A model generated the notes under the pieces. It saw only the letters and a list, made by a program, of their open reading frames with translations. It was not told the origin of the DNA and searched no databases. DNA of 64,000 nucleotides from Narcine bancroftii. Its lineage: Eukaryota. Shown piece after piece: positions 50,701 to 62,770 of the stretch; position 1 is the stretch's first letter, and the number at the start of each line of letters is the position of its first letter. The stretch spans positions 5,642,001 through 5,706,000 of the forward strand of contig NC_091479.1 in NCBI RefSeq assembly GCF_036971445.1, in the 5' to 3' direction. The position numbers and the translations under genes are program-made.

Positions 50701-51981
50701 CTAGATTTACCATTGGTACATTCCTCCTGCAGGAGCCTTCTTGCCCAGCCTGAGGTGATAACTGCAAGTTTTGGATAAGCAGCTCGCTCTTGGTAGGCAG
50801 TGATGAACAAGTACTGCATCTCAGCCATTATCTCATTGAATGGTGGAGCAGATTGACGAGACAGTTGGCCTGCTCCTATTGATCTTATTACATTCAATTC
50901 GTTTCTTGCTTAAATGGTGCACATTTAAAGCATCATTCAAAATATTGTACCGTCCATTGGGGTACAATATCCCACTCGTAACTCACTGCAATTTGAGTCA
51001 AATCTTGCTGCAGTACAATTAACATCTTGTTTATATAATGCATGAACTCTCAGAGATTTGGACACGAGCTTAAAATGACTTGTGCAAAGATGATTTTTTT
51101 AAAAATTGTTACTTTATAGTGTTAGTCGCACAGGGAAAGAATGATTAACGCAAGCAGAATCAGTAAATATACTCTAACCTTTGGCAACATGGTTAAAGTT
51201 TGCAGAACCTTAGAAGAGTATTCCACAGACCCAATGCAGCATTTATAGTTCATCCCTCTTGGCTTTCAGGCTAAGGAGAGTGAGGATGAATGTGGTCCCA
51301 AAAATCAGGGTGAAAGATCTCGGAGGAAAGAGTAATGAATTTGTGTAATCCTCTGGCCAACGAAGCAGTCGAGGTCATCTCATATGTTTGAGACAGATTG
51401 ATTTTTGCATTGTAAGGAAATTAAGGGGGACGGAGAAAAAGAAGGTAGCTGGAGCTGAGTCCACAGCCAGATCAACTGACATCTTATTGAATGGCGAAGC
51501 ATGTTCGACAGGCGAGATGACCCTATCCTTGCTATTTCTGAGGTGGGAATCATAGTTCAAAAGTATAATCAACACAAAACCGCCCAAGAATACTTGACCT
51601 GCATTTATTCATATCACAGCAACAGACACCACCTTCTAGTCCAGCTCACCACTCTGGACAACGGCCCGCTTCTAATAACTCTGTGACCTTGCCCGATCCC
51701 CTGCACCACCTTCATATTATCAGGTTAGCAAAAGTGACAACCTTTGGTTAGAATACTGACCATATGTAAACAATAGCTCTAAAATAAAAAGCATAGGATA
51801 TTTCACCCAAAAAACAAATTAAAAAAGGCAGAATAATCCTGCAGTTGCATGAAATACCAACAAACACATCGTAAAATGGATACAATTCAATCTTATATGG
51901 TTGAACTGAAATAATTTCAATTTACCAAATACAAAATTTAGCCTCATCTCAGAAGGATTGCAAAAGCAAGACAAAAACATC

Positions 51982-54900
51982 TCAGGTTCCAACAGGGTTG
52001 CTTCTTTCCAGAAGCGTTTGGAATCCTTTCGTACCATCCGGACCTCTGGGCAGCCGTACTACTCCTGCGGGAAGCCCACTGGCATTGTGCAATTTTTTGG
52101 AAAGCATCGGGCTGGCAACTGGAGCGTTCTCACGTGACATCCCCTGTGCTTGCTTCCGTCTCTGTACCCAGGGGCTGCCCGACGGCGTAGTGCTGCTGTC
52201 AGACCAATAGTCAGTCCACTTACTTCCAATCTCAGCATTTGCAGCGGCACCAAGCGTCATGTCTGCAGTGAGTGGAGATTTCTGCAGAGCAGAGTCTTTG
52301 CGCTGCATTGATGGGCTGGACCGCGGGCTATTCCACGGACTAACTCGGGGAGAAGCATTTGGACTGAGGTGGTTATTTTTGTAGGTAGTGGGGCTCAGCT
52401 GATTGTGTTTTAGCTTGCGGCTGAGCATAGGAGAGGCAGGATTGCTGTCTGGTTCTGAGGAGCTACATGCTGAGGAATCTTCACATGTGTACTGCAACTC
52501 TTCCACTCGCTTGTTGGCAGACTTGCTTCTCACCTCATTCTTGCTGACATCTTCGGCCTCTCTGTTCTTGTCTCTGACCACTTTCTTCTTCGGTGATTTC
52601 ATCCCAATTAGCACCACCTTCATTCCCTTTTCATCCGTGTTTCCAAGTGATTCATGTGCTTTGATTGCAGACTCTACATCTTCAAACTCTAAAATAACAC
52701 AATCTTTCGTTCCCAACTGCGAATAGCGATAGCTCAATCTCTTCACATCTGCAGGAAGCTCCTTCCCTGACTTCAGAACACGGACGGAAATGATTGGACC
52801 AAACACACTAAATACCTTCAGCACATGCTCCATTATCCTCTCTTGTGAGCCAACATTTTCACATTCAAGATTAGGATTTAAAACTTGGAGTTCTGGACAC
52901 AGGTGCATGTCATACAGCAGTATCATCCGACTTGGAAGGTGTTCACTGGCAAAAATTGGAACTGTGGTCTTCCTCCTCACTTTCTTTCCTTCTTCATTCA
53001 GCTCCAAAAGCTCCGAGTTCTTCAGAGCAAAGGCGGTTGTTTGCCAGTCACGAGTGAGGTGTTTCACCTGGAACAAAAAAAAAATCAGTTTGATCCTCAC
53101 CTCTTATTAGAGCCAGCACCTCCAGGTTGGGGAACAGCTTCTTCCCATGGGCAGTGAAAATGTTGAACGACCAAACGAACCATACGAGACTCTCACATGG
53201 ACAAAAACAATATTTATTTAATTGTATATTTATTTAATATCCTATCCTTTTTATTTTATTTAATTGTCCTGCATATGTATAGTTTGTCTGTATGTGTGTT
53301 AAGTCTGGTTGTGAGTCTGCGCCTTTTATGTAGAGGACCGGAGAATGGTGTTTAGTTGGGGTATACTTGTACATTCAGGTGACAATAAACTTGAACTTGA
53401 TTTGAAAGCAGTAGACCCCAACTTACATCAAAAACTTCTTTTATAAATAACATATCACATAAATATCATGTTACATATGCTAGCCCTGTGTACTCCCGGA
53501 GTTCAGAAGCCTCATGGCTTGAGGGAGAAAGTTATTTCGTGATCTGGTCATGAGGGCCCGAGCGCTACAGTACCTCTTCCCAGATGGCAGGAGGGAGAAC
53601 AGATCATGGGAGGGGTGTGTGGAGTCCTTCACAATGTTTATAGCTTTCCCCAAACAATGGCCATTATAAATATCCATCATGGCAGGGAGAGAGACCCCAA
53701 TAATCCCCTCAGCAGTCTTTATTATCTGCTTCAGGGACATGTTCTGGGATGGTACAGTTCCTGATGTAGTTACATAGGATGCTCTCAATGCATCCTCTGT
53801 AGAATGTGGTGAGGGTGGAAGCTGGACTTTACTCAACCTCCACAGGAAGTAAGGGTTTTGACTTTCCCCAACCACTTCAGGAAGTTAAGGCATTGTTGGG
53901 CCTTCTCGGCAATGGATCTGGTGTTGGGGGACCAGGAGAGATTCTCCGCCAGGTGCACACCAAGGAATTTGGTGCTCTTGACGGTGGAGCCGTCGATGGT
54001 CAACAGAGAGTGATCCCTCTGGGTTCTCCTGAAGTCAACCACCATCTCCTATACCAATCTATATTTTTCTTTGGCTTGGCTTCGCGGAGGGGGTAAAAAG
54101 TCCACGTCAGCTGCAGACTCGTTTGTGGCTGACAAGTCCGATGCGGGACAGGCAGACACGATTGCAGCGGTTGCAGGGGAAAATTGGTTGGTTGGGGATG
54201 GGTGTTGGGTTTTTCCTCCTTTGCCTTTTGTCAGTGAGGTAGGCTCTGCGGTCTTCTTCAAAGGAGGTTGCTGCCCGCCAAACTGTGAGGCGCCAAGATG
54301 CACGGTTTGAGGCGATATCAGCCCACTGGCGGTGGTCAATGTGGCAGGCACCAAGAGATTTCTTTAGGCAGTCCTTGTACCTTTTCTTTGGTGCACCTCT
54401 GTCACGGTGGCCAGTGGAGAGCTCACCATATAACACGATCTTGGGAAGGCGATGGTCCTCCATTCTGGAGACGTGACCCATCCAGCGCAGACCAAGACCA
54501 ATCTATATACTTCATAAACAACAGAGGAGCCAGTCATCCCTGTCAAACAGGTCACAAGCCTCTGGTCAGAAGAGTACTCCTCTAACATTACCCATGTTCT
54601 GTAGCTAAGCTAATCTTGAATCCAATCTCCCAACAGTTTATGGATCATATGTGCTCTGATCTTCTGAATCTGTCTAACATGAGGCACCCTGTCAAGTGCC
54701 ATATCCAACATCCACGTCCTCGTCACAATCATCTTAATCTCTGCCTCAAAAAGGTTAATCATTCACAAGACATGACCTGATACATCCAGGAATTAATAAC
54801 TATACAATTCACTTGCTCAATTACCACAAATCTCCAAAGGTAAAAGCAGCTTGACTGCAAGAGGTGTTTCAGACAATTTCTGCTGATGGTAAATCTGTCT

Positions 54901-57900
54901 GCCTTACTGCAGACGAAAGCAACTTCTGTGTAATACTGCCCTGTCTTTATTACGTAGTATAGAATACCTGTAATATAGAGTGATCAATTTTTCTAAATGT
55001 TCAAGTGCTCTGATGCATTGTGAGGGAATGTGTGGAAAACCGTAAACACGGTTTCTTTATCAGGGCTAACCTCAGCCTGTTAGTAAATCCTCTATAGCTT
55101 TGAATTCTCCAGGTTCTGTGACTTACAAAAACAAAACTCAACAAGATGAAATGTACAAGCCAAATATTTGGAGCAGTGGTTCTTCACCTTTTTTTCCCCA
55201 CTCACATATTACGCAGGGATTACCTGGTACCATGAGACTGAATAATGTCTCCAGCTGTTGATGAGGAGTCCAAGGACTCCTCTCTTCCAGATTTCTACCA
55301 TTCCTTCATCTTGATAGTGAAGCAGGGCACACACACAGGGATTGTTATGGCTGTGTCAGGAACACTGTCCTGGGGCAAGGCTCTGGGACATGACTAAGTC
55401 AGCCTTTGATCACCTACTTTAAGCAAGAGTTGACTTAGTTGTGAACACAATGCAAGGGAAGCGATGAAAGATGAACTGGACTGAGAGTGATTTTAAGGTG
55501 TGTGAACCAAGCCCTTGGGTCAGGGTCACTGTTGGACTGGACAGTTGTTTAATTTTGTTTGATGAAGTGGTAATGACAAGGTTAAGTGGTTTACTAATCC
55601 ACTGGAAGAGGGCATTTGAAAGTCAACCATTGAGTTTAAGGCAAGGGGAGTAGAATTTCCCTCTTGAACAATTTCAGAGACTTCCACGTGGTTGTGAATA
55701 TGAAGGGATATCTGTCAAATGAAACAGGGAGGTCTGCAGACTCTGTGATTGAAGTAAAAACACAGATGCTGGAGGAACTCAGCTGGTCTCGCAGCGTCCA
55801 TAGGAGAAAAAAGATAGATTACCGATGTTTTGGGCCAGAGCTCTTTTTCGAGATTTGAGCAAAAAGCAAGCAGATGTCTGAGACCTCCTGTGGACTCTGA
55901 GACCTGCTGAGTTCCTCCAGTATTTCTGTGAATCTCTATCAAATACAAGCATCGCAGCTTTAGTTTTCTTTGGACTTCATGTTTGGCACATTCACAGGGA
56001 ACAAAGGGTCTGTTTCTGTGCTGTTACAAGTTCGAGTCTTCATTGTTGGGGTCTATCATGGCTTGGTTCAGCATCATGCTGAAGAAGATTGAAAAGAGGG
56101 TTGGTGCGAGAACACAGCCTTGCTTCACGCCATTGTTAATGGAGAAGGGTTAAGAGAGCTCATTGCTGTATCTGACCCAACAATGAAGACGCTGTTTACA
56201 TCCGGTACCGCACGGATGGCAGTCTCTTCAACCTGAGGCGCCTGCAAGCTCACACCAAGACACAAGAGAAACCTGTCCGTGAACTACTCTTTGCAGATGA
56301 TGCCGCTTTAGTTGCCCATTCAGAGCCAGCTCTTCAGCGCTTGACGTCCTACTTTGCGGAAACTGCCAAAATGTTTGGCCTGGAAGTCAGCCTGAAGAAA
56401 ACTGAGGTCCTCCATCAGCCAGCTCCCCACCATGACTACCAGCCCCCCCACATCTCCATCGGGCACACAAAACTCAAAACGGTCAACCAGTTTACCTATC
56501 TCGGCTGCACCATTTCATCAGATGCAAGGATCGACAATAAGATAGACAACAGACTCGCCAAGGCAAATAGCGCCTTTGGAAGACTACACAAAAGAGTCTG
56601 GAAAAACAACCAACTGAAAAACCTCACAAAGATAAGCGTATACAGAGCCGTTGTCATACCCACACTCCTGTTCGGCTCCGAATCATGGGTCCTCTACCGG
56701 CACCACCTACGGCTCCTAGAACGTTTCCACCAGCGTTGTCTCCGCTCCATCCTCAACATCCATTGGAGCGCTTACACCCCTAACGTCGAAGTACTCGAGA
56801 TGGCAGAGGTCGACAGCATCGAGTCCACGCTGCTGAAGATCCAGCTGCGCTGGATGGGTCACGTCTCCAGAATGGAGGACCATCACCTTCCCAAGATCGT
56901 GTTATATGGCGAGCTCTCCACTGGCCACCGTGACAGAGGTGCACCAAAGAAAAGGTACAAGGACTGCCTAAAGAAATCTCTTGGTGCCTGCCACATTGAC
57001 CACCGCCAGTGGGCTGATAACGCCTCAAACCGTGCATCTTGGCGCCTCACAGTTTGGCGGGCAGCAACCTCCTTTGAAGAAGACCGCAGAGCCCACCTCA
57101 CTGACAAAAGGCACAGGAGGAAAAACCCAACACCCAACCCCAACCAACCAATTTTCCCTTGCAACCGCTGCAATCGTGTCTGCCTGTCCCGCATCGGACT
57201 TGTCAGCCACAAACGAGCCTGCAGCTGACGTGGACTTTTTACCCCCTCCATAAATCTTCGTCCGCGAAGCCAAGCCAAAGAAGAAGACAAGTTCGAGTGA
57301 ATTGCCACACCACACCTCCCTGTTATTGTTTATCCAGGCCATTCATGCGTGATAGGCAAGGACAGTATTACATTGTTCTTTACTAATTTAGGTACACTTC
57401 ATCGCCTGGGCTTTAAAGAACCCCTCAGGCAATCAAGTTATGGATCCAAATTCATCTTTAGTGCATGCATGCTAAAGCCCCAAAATGAAATTCAATCCTA
57501 CCTTTTTGAAAGAGGTCAGAAGTTTCACACTGACATAACCCATCTTATTTCTTCTCACATGCTTCAGCAGAAATGAATCATTTTCAAGATAATCATCAGA
57601 GAGGTAATATTCAATCTGAGAGACCAGTTTCTGTGACAGATCAGGGTCTGGTGGTGTCCACGACTTCCCCAGCTCAGGGTCGCCATCACTACAATAGATA
57701 AAGAGCTGATGAGGCAGAGCCCGGGCAACTCCATGTTTATACCCCTATCTCTGTCCACCTCCACCCCCCCCTCAGTTTTTTCTCTCCATCCTCCCCATCT
57801 CCCTTTCCCACCACCCTCCCCCCCAGTTTTTTCCCTCCACCTCTCTCTCCCCATTTCCCTCCCCCTCCCTCCCCCCTCCCTCCCCCCTCCCTCCCCCCTC

Positions 57901-59902
57901 CCCCCTCCCAGCTCCCCGCTCCCCTCCCCGCTCCCCTCCCCTCTCCCCGCTCCCCTCCCCGCTCCCCTCCCCGCTCCCCTCCCCGCTCCCCTCCCCGCTC
58001 CCCTCCCCGCTCCCCTCCCCGCTCCCCGCTCCCCGCTCCCCTCCCAGCTCCCCGCTCCCCTCCCCGCTCCCCGCTCCCCTCCCCGCTCCCCGCTCCCCTC
58101 CCCGCTCCCCTCCCCGCTCCCCTCCCCGCTCCCCTCCCCGCTCCCCTCCCCGCTCCCCTCCCCCCGCTCCCCTCCCCGCTCCCCTCCCCGCTCCCCTCCC
58201 CGCTCCCCTCCCCGCTCCCCTCCCCCTCCCCGCTCCCCTCCCCGCTCCCCTCCCCGCTCCCCTCCCCGCTCCCCGCTCCCCTCCCCGCTCCCCGCCCCCC
58301 TCCCAGCTCCCCGCCCCCCTCCCAGCTCCCCGCCCCCCTCCCAGCTCCCCGCCCCCCACCCAGCTCCCCGCTCCCCTCCCAGCTCCCCGCTCCCCTCCCA
58401 GCTCCCCTCTCCCCTCCCAGCTCCCCGCTCCCCTCCCAGCTCCCGCTCCCCTCCCAGCTCCCCGCTCCCCTCCCAGCTCCCCGCTCCCCTCCCAGCTCCC
58501 CGCTCCCCTCCCAGCTCCCCGCTCCCCTCCCAGCTCCCCGCTCCCCTCCCAGCTCCCCGCTCCCCTCCCAGCTCCCCGCTCCCCTCCCAGCTCCCCGCTC
58601 CCCTCCCAGCTCCCCGCTCCCCTCCCAGCTCCCCGCTCCCCTCCCAGCTCCCCGCTCCCCTCCCAGCTCCCCGCTCCCCTCCCAGCTCCCCGCTCCCCTC
58701 CCAGCTCCCCGCTCCCCTCCCAGCTCCCCGCTCCCCTCCCAGCTCCCCTCCCAGCTCCCCGCTCCCCTCCCAGCTCCCCGCTCCCCTCCCAGCTCCCCGC
58801 TCCCGTCCCAGCTCCCCTCCCCGCTCCCGCTCCCCGCTCCCCGCTCCCCGCTCCCCGCTCAGCTCCCCGCCCAGCTCCCAGCTCCCAGCTCCCAGCTCCC
58901 CTCCCAGCTCCCCTCCCAGCTCCCCTCCCAGCTCCCCTCCCAGCTCCCCTCCCAGCTCCCCTCCCAGCTCCCCTCCCCTCCCCAGCCCCCCTCCTCTCCC
59001 TTCCCCCTCCCCAGCCCCCCTCCTCTCCCTTCCCCCTCCCCAGCCCCCCTCCTCTCCCTTCCCCCTCCCCAGCCCCCCTCCTCTCCCTTCCCCCTCCCCA
59101 GCTCCCCTCCTCTCCCTTCCCCCTCCCCAGCTCCCCTCCTCTCCCTTCCCCCTCCCCAGCTCCCCTCCTCTCCCTTCCCCCTCCCCAGCTCCCCTCCTCT
59201 CCCTTCCCCCTCCCCAGCTCCCCTCCTCTCCCTTCCCCCTCCCCAGCTCCCCTCCTCTCCCTTCCCCCTCCCCAGCTCCCCTCCTCTCCCTTCCCCCTCC
59301 CCAGCTCCCCTCCTCTCCCTTCCCCCTCCCCAGCTCCCCTCCTCTCCCTTCCCCCTCCCCAGCTCCCCTCCTCTCCCTTCCCCCTCCCCAGCTCCCCTCC
59401 TCTCCCTTCCCCCTCCCCAGCTCCCCTCCTCTCCCTTCCCCCTCCCCAGCTCCCCTCCTCTCCCTTCCCCCTCCCCAGCTCCCCCCTCATCGTCTCGGTA
59501 CCTGGGTTTATCGGAACCCGGACTGGTCTCGTCATCGGTGCCGCTGCCTGTCTGCGGCTGGGAGGCTGATCCATCCTCGGCCGCCGCCACTCGGATGCTG
59601 ACGATAGGGGAAGGTGTCACTTCGTCCCCGGCCGTCGGCGGCGACTCCCCGGCGGTCGGCGGCTCGCTCTCCTCCATCGGACCTACCGCCCACTGCCACC
59701 TCGCCGCCGTTGGGCCGGTGCTGCGAGCCGGAGCCTGGGCCGGGGGAGGAGCGCGGGGAGGGGCCGGTTCCTGGCCCGGGGGGCCGGCACTGGGAGCCGG
59801 CGAGAAGAACCGGTGTCCTGGGGCCGGCGCCAGCCACTCCCGCAGCACAGGCGGCGCCAGGAACGCAGCCCAGCGCAGCAGGGCGGTCTGCAGGCTGGAC
59901 AT
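51982..59902 (-). CDS. LARP6: La-related protein 6 (acheron), 3 coding exons; 557 aa from ATG 59902 or 482 aa from ATG 59677
   Basis: Exon 1 59902(or 59677)-59502 (..[11 protein letters not shown]..), exon 2 57688-57502 ([48 protein letters not shown], La motif), exon 3 53067-51982 ([16 protein letters not shown].., RRM, ..[30 protein letters not shown] motif). Introns are GT-AG and phases are consistent. Confidence 0.96.
53100..54050. mobile_element. Two tail-to-tail Rex/Babar-type LINE fragments (+ about 53100-53405, - about 53440-54050)
   Basis: Minus strand encodes MVVDFRR..KFLGVHL..LSW and [28 protein letters not shown]. The plus copy ends GACAATAAACTTGAACTTGA. Confidence 0.8.
54065..54490 (-). 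mobile_element. RTE LINE 3' fragment with a 12-bp TSD
   Basis: Nearly identical to the 3' end of the 56 kb copy. TSD ACCAATCTATAT at 54053-54064 and 54497-54508. Confidence 0.92.
56038..57286 (+). mobile_element. RTE-clade LINE, 5'-truncated and 5'-inverted, with a 12-bp TSD (LARP6 intron 2)
   Basis: The forward part encodes [43 protein letters not shown]. Segment 56038-56175 encodes the upstream [13 protein letters not shown] on the minus strand. TSD ACAAGTTCGAGT at 56026-56037 and 57287-57298. Confidence 0.93.
57855..59487 (+). repeat. Pyrimidine-rich compound minisatellite filling LARP6 intron 1
   Basis: Units CCCCGCTCCCCT, CTCCCAGCTCCCCG and the 29-bp CCCCAGCTCCCCTCCTCTCCCTTCCCCCT. Confidence 0.95.
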
Positions 59903-60051
59903 GGGGGCAGTGGCGTCTCCGGACCCTGGACTGGCCCTTATCACAGCCCCCGTCCGTCTCCCAACGAGATCGGGCCCGCTGTCCCGGGGAGGGGGGAGAC
60001 GGGGATTGGGGGAGACAGGGGTGGGGAAAGTTGGGGAGAGACTGGAGTCGG

Positions 60052-60560
60052 GGAGGGGGGAGGGATGGGGTTGGTGGGTGGGGGGGGGAGGGATGGGGTT
60101 GGTGGGTGGGGGGGGGAGGGATGGGGTTGGTGGGTGGGGGGGGGAGGGATGGGGTTGGTGGGTGGGGGGGAGGGATGGGGTTGGTGGGTGGGGGGGGAGG
60201 GATGGGGTTGGTGGGTGGGGGGGGAGGGATGGGGTTGGTGGGTGGGGGGGGGAGGGATGGGGTTGGTGGGTGGGGGGGGGAGGGATGGGGTTGGTGGGTG
60301 GGGGGGGAGGGATGGGGTTGGTGGGTGGGGGGGGGAGGGATGGGGTTGGTGGGTGGGGGGGGGAGGGATGGGGTTGGTGGGTGGGGGGGGAGGGATGGGG
60401 TTGGTGGGTGGGGGGGGGGAGGGATGGGGTTGGTGGGTGGGGGGGGAGGGATGGGGTTGGTGGGTGGGGGGGGGAGGGATGGGGTTGGTGGGTGGGGGGG
60501 GGAGGGATGGGGTTGGTGGGTGGGGGGGGGAGGGATGGGGTTGGTGGGTGGGGGGGGGGT
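60052..60560 (+). repeat. G-rich minisatellite of about 28 bp upstream of LARP6
   Basis: About 18 copies of GAGGGATGGGGTTGGTGGGTG(G)n. Confidence 0.95.
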
Positions 60561-60619
60561 GGAGACAGCCAGGTCATTTCCCATCCACCGTGTATCTGGT
60601 TCCAGTGGCACAAGAACAG

Positions 60620-62005
60620 CTTAGGTAGATCATGACAGCACAATATGGCCCTTGATGTTATGCCAACATATATTCCTATTTTTAAAAAAACTAAACCTTC
60701 CCTCCCTCTTAACTGTCCATTTTTCTTCCATCCATGTGCCTGTCTAAGAGTCTCTTAAATGACCCCAATATTTCAGCCTCCACCGGCATTCCAGGCACCC
60801 TCAACTCTGTGTAAAAAAAAAACTTACCCCTGATGTCTCCCCTTAACTTGGTACTTATGTACCCTGGTGTTTGCCAATCCTGCCCTGGGAAACAGGTGCT
60901 GGCTGCCCACCCTACTTATGCCTCAGAATCTTGTAGACTAAGCTTCTTCTAAATTCAGGTTTATTGTCAAAGTTCATGGATAACATCACATATAACCCTG
61001 AAATTCTTTTTCCTGTGGGCTTGGCAGAATTACTACTTGTATCTTCTTGTACTCAAGATACACAAGTAAACAAATAAGGAAATGTAAATAAACTGACTGC
61101 AATACAGAGAGAAAAAAAGTCGATCAAGTGCTAGACTCTTTAAATGAGTCCCTGATTGAGTTTGTTGTTGAGGAGTCTGATGGTGGAAGGGAAGGAGCTG
61201 TTCCTGAACCTGGTGGTATGAGTCTTGTGGCATTGATACCTCTTTCCTGATGGCAGCAGTGAGAACAGACTGTGTGCTGGGTGGTGTGGGTCCTTGATTG
61301 ATTTCAGATTTATTGTCAAGTACATACATGACATCACATACAATCCTGAGATTTTTTATTTACAGGTGAGAAAGAATTACCACTTACTTTTTAAATTTTT
61401 TAGATTATACAGCACGGTAACAGGCCCTTCAGCCCTCAAGCCCATGCCACCCATTTACACTCAATCGACAACCCACGTTACATTTTGAAGTGTGGGAGGA
61501 AACTGAGGCCCCGAGGAAAACCCAAGCAGACACAGGGAGAACGTACAAACTCCTTACAGACAGCTTGGGGTTTGAACCCCAGTCTCGTTCACTGGCGATA
61601 GAAAGGTGATGCGTTAACCGCTCTTCTAACCATGCCTCCCATATGGGGTCCAAAAAAGAAACTACACAGTATAAACATGTAAACCAATGAAATGTAAACA
61701 GACTGTGCAATACAGAGAGGAAAACAATCAATAGAGTGTTCAAGTAAGAGTCCTAAAATGAGTGCCTCATTGAGTTTGTTGTTGAGGAGTCTGATGGTGG
61801 CGGGGTAGCAGCTGTTCCTGAACCTGGTGGTGTGAGTCTTGTGGCACCTCGACCACTCCTGATGGTAGCAGCAAGAACAGAGTGTGAGCTGGGTGGGGTG
61901 GATCTTTCGACAGTGTTCCCTGCAGATGTTCTTGATAGTGGGGAGGGTTTTACCCGTGGTGTCCTGGGCTGTGTCCACTACCTTTTGTAGGGCTCAGGGG
62001 TATTG
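60620..62005 (-). mobile_element. Cluster of CR1, Rex/Babar and nested tRNA-SINE fragments between the LARP6 and LRRC49 promoters
   Basis: CR1 tail about 60620-60940, two [23 protein letters not shown] Rex-type pieces, SINE about 61395-61640. Confidence 0.8.
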
Positions 62006-62229
62006 ATATCCCCATATAAGAGTGTGGACTCTGCATTGGAGGGCAGAAGCGGGGAGCGCAGCTGCCTACCCTGCGGGGCAGAAGTGGGGGCGCGGTCGCC
62101 TTCCCTGGGTGGAAGAAGAGAGGAGCAGGGGTGGGGTGGGGAGGGAGGGAATAAGTGAGGAGCACGGACGTCTGTAGTACAGGATGGAAGGAGGAGCACA
62201 AGTGGGGTTGCGGCCGCTGGTACAGCGGG

Positions 62230-62327
62230 GCGGAAGTGGGGGCGCCGAGGCCGGCGTACCGGAAGTGGGGCGCTGAGGCCGGCGTACCGGAAGTGGGGCG
62301 CTGAGGCCGGCGTACCGGAAGTGGGGG
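62230..62327 (+). promoter_or_regulatory. LRRC49 promoter with tandemly repeated ETS/GABP sites
   Basis: 28-bp unit CCGGAAGTGGGGCGCTGAGGCCGGCGTA, about 3.5 copies, giving four CGGAAGTG sites that end about 25 nt before the ATG. Confidence 0.7.
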
Positions 62328-62351
62328 TTGTCAGGGAGACAGAGGGCGGAC

Positions 62352-62393
62352 ATGGTGCCCGGCAAGTCCCGGGCTCGGCTGCAGGCGAACCCG
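62352..62393 (+). CDS. LRRC49: First coding exon of leucine-rich repeat-containing protein 49; the gene continues beyond the window
   Basis: ATG in a CpG island encodes MVPGKSRARLQANP and is followed by the donor GTAGGT. This resembles the remembered human N-terminus MIPGKYRS... The exon is divergent from LARP6, as LRRC49 is in human. Confidence 0.75.
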
Positions 62394-62770
62394 GTAGGTG
62401 CCGCGGGTTATCCCCACACACCGGGGCTCATCTCCCCCCGGCCTCGGTCCCGGAACCATGGTGTGTGTCTGTGGCTGGGTGTGGGGCGTCTCCCACTTCC
62501 CCGCTCCCCCAGGGGGGGCCCCCTTCACCTGAGGAGCCTGGGCCATGCAGTGTCCTAATGTTCCGAACAGTCCAGTTCTCTGCACACAACATTGGATTCA
62601 ACAGCCACAACTCTCGATTCTATTTTATTTGTTTTCACGCCTCTGACAGATCTACCAACCGAATTCATTGCCCTTAAAGAAATCTGGAAAGTTTGTGTGA
62701 AGGCGAGTCCAGGTGTGACAAGCCCTCATTGTTTTGTTGTTTCGTTTTCTGGTGATTAACCTATCAGGTG

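Noticed and set aside
57709-60643. ORFs of 594-630 aa on both strands
   Set aside because: These are repeat read-through. Only 59502-59902 on the minus strand is LARP6 exon 1.
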